34,621 nt of DNA, taken from contig JBLKOU010000007.1 of assembly GCA_047603125.1 (NCBI GenBank), positions 1 through 34,621 of the forward strand, written 5' to 3'. The notes under the pieces are model-generated. The model worked only from the letters and a program-made list of their open reading frames with translations. It made no database searches and was not told the origin of the DNA. The translations under genes and the position numbers were made by a program. Shown piece after piece: positions 29,031-34,621 of the stretch (position 1 is its first letter; each line of letters starts with the position of its first letter). This DNA is from Candidatus Woesearchaeota archaeon. Lineage in GTDB: Archaea > Nanobdellota > Nanobdellia > Woesearchaeales > DATGWN01.

Positions 29031-29876
29031 ATGACCGAACATGCACAAGACGCAAATGGAGAACTTGTTAGCATACATGACGCACTTGCCGCCCGAAGGC
29101 TTGCCAGGGATACCAATAGACCAGACCCACGTTTTTTTGATATTGCGTATGGTGAAAGACGCATACCAAGAAATGGAGCACAAACACCCTTAGTTACACG
29201 CAGACCCCACTTTTACTTAAATCCAAAAAATCAATCAAGTAAACGTTTTCAAAGACGAGACCAGAAAATAGAAGCTCTTTCTTGCTATTTTCAAAAACAC
29301 GGCTATAAAACAAACATTGCACAAGTTCAACAAATCAATCCTTATGATTTTTATCAAGCTGTTGGCCGCGATCTTGACTCCGTCGTCTTAGCCAAAAAAG
29401 ACCACCAAGATCATGCACTCCTTTTTATTACAGACCCTCACTCACAACGTCTTGATCGCCTTGTTAATTTATTAAAATCCAAAGGGCACAAGCAATATGA
29501 AAATAAAGGAAAGGGTGAGCAAATATTTCTCCCTTTAAATTTCTCACGAACCCCTTCAATTCTTCCCATTCTTGATGCTTCCCATTTACAACTCAGCCCC
29601 GATCATTACAATCAGCCCTACATGAGAATAAGCGACTGGATGCATGAACTCTTATTAACTAAATATATGCCTAACTTCAATCAACTCAGCTTTTTTTCAG
29701 GGGACTCCGTATTTAGTGTCCATCTTGGTTTTGACAACCATCAATGTCCCTATTCCCAAACAAGAGGTGAAAACACATTGTTTGGAAATCCATATTGTCG
29801 ACCATTTAGAAAACAAGAACATGAACACATTCGAATTGCACCTATCAACGGCACGAAATTTAGTTATATAGAATAA
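29031..29876 (+). CDS. Hypothetical protein with a possible degenerate CoiA-like N-terminus
   Basis: 281-aa ORF with an upstream TATA (TTTATAAA). The N-terminal AxDxxGxLVxIxxA...RxG...RPHF pattern resembles CoiA-type domains. Confidence 0.6.
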   Translation: MTEHAQDANGELVSIHDALAARRLARDTNRPDPRFFDIAYGERRIPRNGAQTPLVTRRPHFYLNPKNQSSKRFQRRDQKIEALSCYFQKHGYKTNIAQVQQINPYDFYQAVGRDLDSVVLAKKDHQDHALLFITDPHSQRLDRLVNLLKSKGHKQYENKGKGEQIFLPLNFSRTPSILPILDASHLQLSPDHYNQPYMRISDWMHELLLTKYMPNFNQLSFFSGDSVFSVHLGFDNHQCPYSQTRGENTLFGNPYCRPFRKQEHEHIRIAPINGTKFSYIE

Positions 29877-29889
29877 AAAAAGAAAAAAA

Positions 29890-31996
29890 TTAAACACATT
29901 GCTGTGTTTGTTGATCAAATGTTTGTCCAAGACCACAAGTGAATTGACAACCAGTCAAAAACGATGTTGGTTCCATTGCAGCATCATCATTTTGCGCCGC
30001 ACCAACATATTCCCATTCTTGCACGTCATCATATTCATTATAGTACCCTTCTACACGATTATTCGTGATAACACCACTTGGTCGTTCGCCCTCACAAACT
30101 CCCCAACAACCTTGGGATAAATACGGTTGGTCAGGATAAACTTGCATACCTGCAGGGCATTGAGAACCAAATTGCACTTCTTGCGACTCAAATGAAATAT
30201 ATGCGTATGCATCTAGTTTCCCAAGAGTCAAAATAAACACTTCTTCTACAAAAACATCTAATCCATCAATCGTTGCCCCACGTCCTTGAGATAAAGTACG
30301 ACGAATTCCATTGACAGACAATACGATTCCATAAGTGGTTGGACTTCCACCAGATAACTCTAAAGTATAGACATCACCAGCATAAGTTACATTTATCGGT
30401 TTTCGAAGTTCTAAAAACAATTGGTCCGATCTTGAATCAGAAGGTGTCTGTCCAACAATTTCCAGTGAAACTTTTGCTCCTAGAGATGGCATGTTATACA
30501 AGAAAACTTCGTTAACTTGAATATTCAAACCACCACCAGTTACCTGAGCGTTTTTCTCAAAAGTAACTAACTCCCCATTAATAGACACATAAGCCTCTCC
30601 ACGATTATCGTTTCCACCAATCACTTCTAAAGCATAAGTCTCACCTTCATAAGTAACATCTACTGGTGTTTGAAAATCCAAAAACAATTGATCAGGCTTT
30701 GGCTCAAGAGGAGCGTCCCTTAAAACATCCAATAGAACTTTTGATCCCATAGTAGGTATATTATACAAAAAGATCTTATGGGCTTGGATATCTAAACCTC
30801 CACGTGTCTTTCGTTCTCCTTGTTCAAAAGGAACCAGCTCTCCATTAATAGATACGTGAGCTTCTTGACTACGCTCATTTGCACTTTTTAATTCCAATGT
30901 CCATTCTTGACCTCCAACACTAACAGTTTGAATTGGATGCTCAAATGTTAACACAACTGGATTTATGTATGATTCAGGAACTTCTTGTGTTCCAGATTGT
31001 AATTCCAAACCAATCATTGCATCTAATGAAGGTATGTTTTGTATTAATAACTCTGAAGCAAAAAATGTCAGACCACCAACAGTATATTGTGAGCCTTGCG
31101 CTATTTCTTTTGTCTGATTATTTATCCGCAAAACAACCGTATTTGAATAATCGCTCGCACCCAAAAATTCAACAAAATACGTATTTCCATCGATTTGCAC
31201 CGATTCCGACGAACTCAATTCAAACCAGACGAGAGACTCATCATCGCTTGGCTCAACTCCAACCACTCTGACTCGCGCTTGCGCGTTCAATTGTGGAACA
31301 TTAGATGTAAAAATATCCTCAACAACCAACCGTAAGCTACCAATAACCACATCATCACCTTCTGCTATGGAACGAACTTGCCCATTAACATCCAGAATTA
31401 CCTGTTCAGTATGCAAGTTTCCTCCAACTAATGTTATTGTATAAACGCCTGAATCTGTTTGAACATCAACAGCGTTATTTAATTCCAAAAAAATATCAAG
31501 CGGTGCTGGTTCAGTTGGCACCTCACTTTCATCAAGCAAACTTGGATGTTTTTCAAGATATGCATCCAATAAAGATCCAACATCTAAATTTGTTTTTGAA
31601 GCTCGAATATACGCAAATGAGGACTCTGAGGCTGGCCAAAAATAAGACACCCCATATTCATCCTCTATTAAATAAACATATCCCAAATTTCCAATTACAT
31701 TTTCAAGCACAGCAGAACTATCAAACCAGTTCTCTATCTGTTGAACAATGTCGGAGAAAGCCATATTTTCTTCAAGTTCATAATACCCAAAATCTGCACT
31801 ACCACGATCTCTGTGAAAATAGGAAGCGTAATAGACATTTAGCTGCCCGATTCCTGAAATATAAGATTCTTCATTACTGGAGTATCGATACAAATTTGCA
31901 CCAATATCATTTTCAATCAAATATTCAGGATACGATTGCGGTCTTCCATCAAAGGATGTCCAACCAAAATTAGTATCATATGACTTTTCTTCTACG
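29890..31996 (-). CDS. S-layer-like surface protein with five beta-rich repeats and a Cys-rich C-terminus; 5' end unclear
   Basis: Acidic ORF with five units of about 85 aa, LFL...YxLExxGG...VSINGE...GGLxIxVxEVF.xNxP. No clear start or signal peptide downstream of the permease stop. Confidence 0.65.
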
Positions 31997-33826
31997 TTAA
32001 TTATATGAGTGTCTGTGCGAATGTACGAGCGCATAAAGAACATGTGTAAGAATAAAAATATAAATAACAAGAAAGACAATTGAAATGAGCGAATCTTGCA
32101 CACCAATATCAAAAAAAAGTGAACGCCGCAATATTGTATCAGCAAGGACAATTGGATTTAAAGATACAAAAAAAGCAACAATAGGTGTCATCATCGCAAC
32201 AGGAACCATCAAATTACTTGACAAAAATAACCCAACAGCAATAAATGTCGTAAGTAAAATAGAATTCTCCTTTGAGTTTGTTAAATATGCACAAATCATT
32301 CCAATCAAAATACAAATTGAACTTAGAAGGAACAGAGCTATAATAACTGTAAATAGATGATCTAATACAGAAACCCCAAATGCAAAATGTGCAACGGTTA
32401 ATAACACACTTATCTGAAAACCAATAACAAGTAAATTTGTAAAAAAATAAGCAAGGAGTGGCATCCAATCATATACCGGCAGTACAAAATTTCGAAGTTG
32501 TGCCGTAGAATATATCTCCCCTAACAAAATAATATTTGCAAAAAGAATACTAATAAAAATAACTATAATTGGCAAATATTGTGGAAACAATAAATATACC
32601 TCACTTGCTGAAGGCAGGAGTGGAATATTACTTGTTGATAAAGGCGTGACAAATTCTTCTACATTAAGTTGCGCTATTTGTTTGAGATCTTCTTCTTGAA
32701 GCTCCAATGCTTCAAGAAGTAATTGTAACTGCTCTTGACTTTGTCCAAGAACTCCTTGCGTTTGTGTTAAATAGGAAACTGACGTATTCAAAAATTGCCG
32801 AAAATCTGTTGCTTGCGTATATAAACGATTAAATTCTTCGATACGTTGCGAATCAGTTACATAAACAATATCTCCCTCATAACGATCAAGCGTACTTTGA
32901 ATTGCTGTAAGTTGTTGCTCTGCCTGATCAACAGTTTGTTTTGCATTTTCAAAATCATCAAGCAATATGGAATTTCTTGCTTCTTTTATTACCTCAAGTA
33001 ACTCAAGAGACTCAGAATCATCAGATAAATTCTGCTCCAACAATGCAATATTATAATCAATTGTTTGTAATCGAGAATACATGTGCGAATCGGTTTCTTC
33101 GAGACGACTTTGTGCCAAACGAACAGTTTGCAAAGAATCATCGAGCGTAATACGAATTGAATCAAGTTGATCAGGAACATCTTCTAAATCAGTTACAGAA
33201 ATTCGATTATTAAGTACTGTTAATTGGTCGTAAAATGTTTCAAATTGATCTTGGGAATTTTGCAAATCTGTTAAAAACTGATTCGTTTGTTCTTGTAAGT
33301 TTATTACCTGTAATGAAAATCCAGTCAATGTTTGTTTTCCTTCACCCATAAAACCAGAAAGCTCTTCAATTTGTGTCAAAAGCATTGTAGCTGAATCCTT
33401 AGTCACTTTATCTGAAATAATTCCTAGTCGCTCTTGAAAATAATTAATAAGAAATGGTGACAGTGAAACTCGAGAATTATCATAATAAATTTCTAATAGA
33501 CCGGTCGGAGAGTCCCCCACACGAAATGTATCGGATGTTTTAATACACGCATGTGTTTGCTCCTTATAGAGCAATTGCAAACAATCATCATTATCAGTAA
33601 AGCGCATTGTGGTGAATGCTTGACCAACATTTTCTTCAAAAAAATCAGCAACTTGATCATTAGTTGTCACAATCCCTATTGTTATTCCAGCATGTGTTGT
33701 TTGACTAAAAACCAACCCGACTATAATCATAATTAAAAACGGCCCCAATATAAGAAGAAAAAAAGAAATCCAATTACGCAACAACAATAAAATGTTTTTT
33801 TGCATTAAATAAAAAATTCGTTTCAC
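31997..33826 (-). CDS. ABC-2 type transporter permease with a large coiled-coil ectodomain (YhgE/Pip-like)
   Basis: One N-terminal TM (KNILLLLRN...LLILGP), a Q/L/E-rich helical region, and five C-terminal TMs. Coupled to the ABC ATPase. Confidence 0.85.
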   Translation of the reverse strand: MKRIFYLMQKNILLLLRNWISFFLLILGPFLIMIIVGLVFSQTTHAGITIGIVTTNDQVADFFEENVGQAFTTMRFTDNDDCLQLLYKEQTHACIKTSDTFRVGDSPTGLLEIYYDNSRVSLSPFLINYFQERLGIISDKVTKDSATMLLTQIEELSGFMGEGKQTLTGFSLQVINLQEQTNQFLTDLQNSQDQFETFYDQLTVLNNRISVTDLEDVPDQLDSIRITLDDSLQTVRLAQSRLEETDSHMYSRLQTIDYNIALLEQNLSDDSESLELLEVIKEARNSILLDDFENAKQTVDQAEQQLTAIQSTLDRYEGDIVYVTDSQRIEEFNRLYTQATDFRQFLNTSVSYLTQTQGVLGQSQEQLQLLLEALELQEEDLKQIAQLNVEEFVTPLSTSNIPLLPSASEVYLLFPQYLPIIVIFISILFANIILLGEIYSTAQLRNFVLPVYDWMPLLAYFFTNLLVIGFQISVLLTVAHFAFGVSVLDHLFTVIIALFLLSSICILIGMICAYLTNSKENSILLTTFIAVGLFLSSNLMVPVAMMTPIVAFFVSLNPIVLADTILRRSLFFDIGVQDSLISIVFLVIYIFILTHVLYALVHSHRHSYN

Positions 33827-34545
33827 CGAGTATACACCTCAAAAATTTGTGTTAAATTTTTGCATTGAGGATATTTTTTAAAATACCAATCCATCGGTGC
33901 AACTGAGCGAACATAACCTGATTCTAAAATAGCAATACGTGTACAATGCTCTTCCAATTCCTCAAAATGATGCGAAGTAATAAGAATTGTCTTTCCTAAA
34001 GATTGAATTTGCCAGATAAGTTTCCACATCGATTTTCGCAAAGACGGATCTAAACCCGTTGTCGGCTCATCAAGTATTAAAATATCTGGATCATGAATTA
34101 AAGAAATTGCAAAATCTAATCGTCTTCTCATTCCCCCTGAAAGATCTTTTGCTAACGTTTTTTTATGATCTTCTAAATCTACTAATTGCAAAAGACGCGG
34201 AACTTGTTTTTCCAATTCTTTTTTTGAAATATGATACATGCGCCCATAATGCCATAAATTTTCTTGCACATTTAATCGATCATAAAAGGAACTTTCTTGT
34301 GTAGTCAATCCAACTGAATGACGGATTTTTTGTGTTTGTTGCGTTATATCCTTTCCATCATACCAAATTGTTCCTGAATTTGGTTTGTAAAAACCCATAA
34401 GAATACGTAACAAGGTTGTTTTTCCTGAACCACTCTTTCCTATCAAACCTAAAATCTCCCCTCTGTAGAGTGTTAAAGACGCATCACGTAAAACTATTTC
34501 CTTTCCAAAAGTTTTTCGTATATGTTCAAGAGAGAGTGATTTTAA
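33823..34545 (-). CDS. ABC transporter ATP-binding protein (no in-frame ATG for the N-terminal strands)
   Basis: GKSGSGKTT, LSGGMRRR, ILDEPTTGLD, ITSH. Homology extends upstream of the track start (LSLEHIRKTFGKEIVLRDASLTLYRGEILGL). Confidence 0.88.
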   Translation of the reverse strand, partial: LKSLSLEHIRKTFGKEIVLRDASLTLYRGEILGLIGKSGSGKTTLLRILMGFYKPNSGTIWYDGKDITQQTQKIRHSVGLTTQESSFYDRLNVQENLWHYGRMYHISKKELEKQVPRLLQLVDLEDHKKTLAKDLSGGMRRRLDFAISLIHDPDILILDEPTTGLDPSLRKSMWKLIWQIQSLGKTILITSHHFEELEEHCTRIAILESGYVRSVAPMDWYFKKYPQCKNLTQIFEVYTR

Positions 34546-34553
34546 ACATTCAG

Positions 34554-34600
34554 AAGTTGGCTACTCCCCTACATGAATGTAGGGGCATCTACGCCAACTT
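34554..34600 (-). mobile_element. IS200/IS605-like end hairpin
   Basis: CCCCTACAT-GA-ATGTAGGGG (34566-34585) enclosed by AAGTTGGC...GCCAACTT. The minus strand reads GATG-CCCC...GGGG-AGTAGCCAAC, resembling a right end. Confidence 0.6.
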
Positions 34601-34621
34601 AAATTAACTTTTTCTGATGTA

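Noticed and set aside
31431..31973. 180-aa plus-strand ORF and other antisense ORFs inside long genes
   Set aside because: No recognisable motifs. They lie antisense to well-supported coding frames.

Overview
AT-rich archaeal chromosomal segment, most consistent with a DPANN lineage such as Woesearchaeota (inferred from rpl15e, eL43-rpoP-pcc1-pfdB-UPF0147, archaeal GluRS, ZPR1 and RNase P RNA alongside bacterial-type GAPDH, ThrRS and grpE-dnaK-dnaJ). Mostly housekeeping. The left edge is the boundary of an integrated element: a tyrosine integrase missing from the ORF track, next to the 3' end of tRNA-Leu(TAG). The most unusual signals are: (1) a translationally coupled pair of small ExeA-like AAA+ ATPases behind rpl15e that have lost reciprocal catalytic residues, suggesting an obligate heteromer; (2) three families of dispersed, highly structured non-coding repeats (A, B, C) that nest inside each other and rewrite gene ends, with family A resembling IS200/IS605 ends; (3) loss of zinc-binding cysteines in eL43, GluRS and a CoiA-like protein; (4) a miniature prefoldin beta; and (5) two genes at the right end that lack a proper start. 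All assignments come from motif reading by eye; no searches were run.
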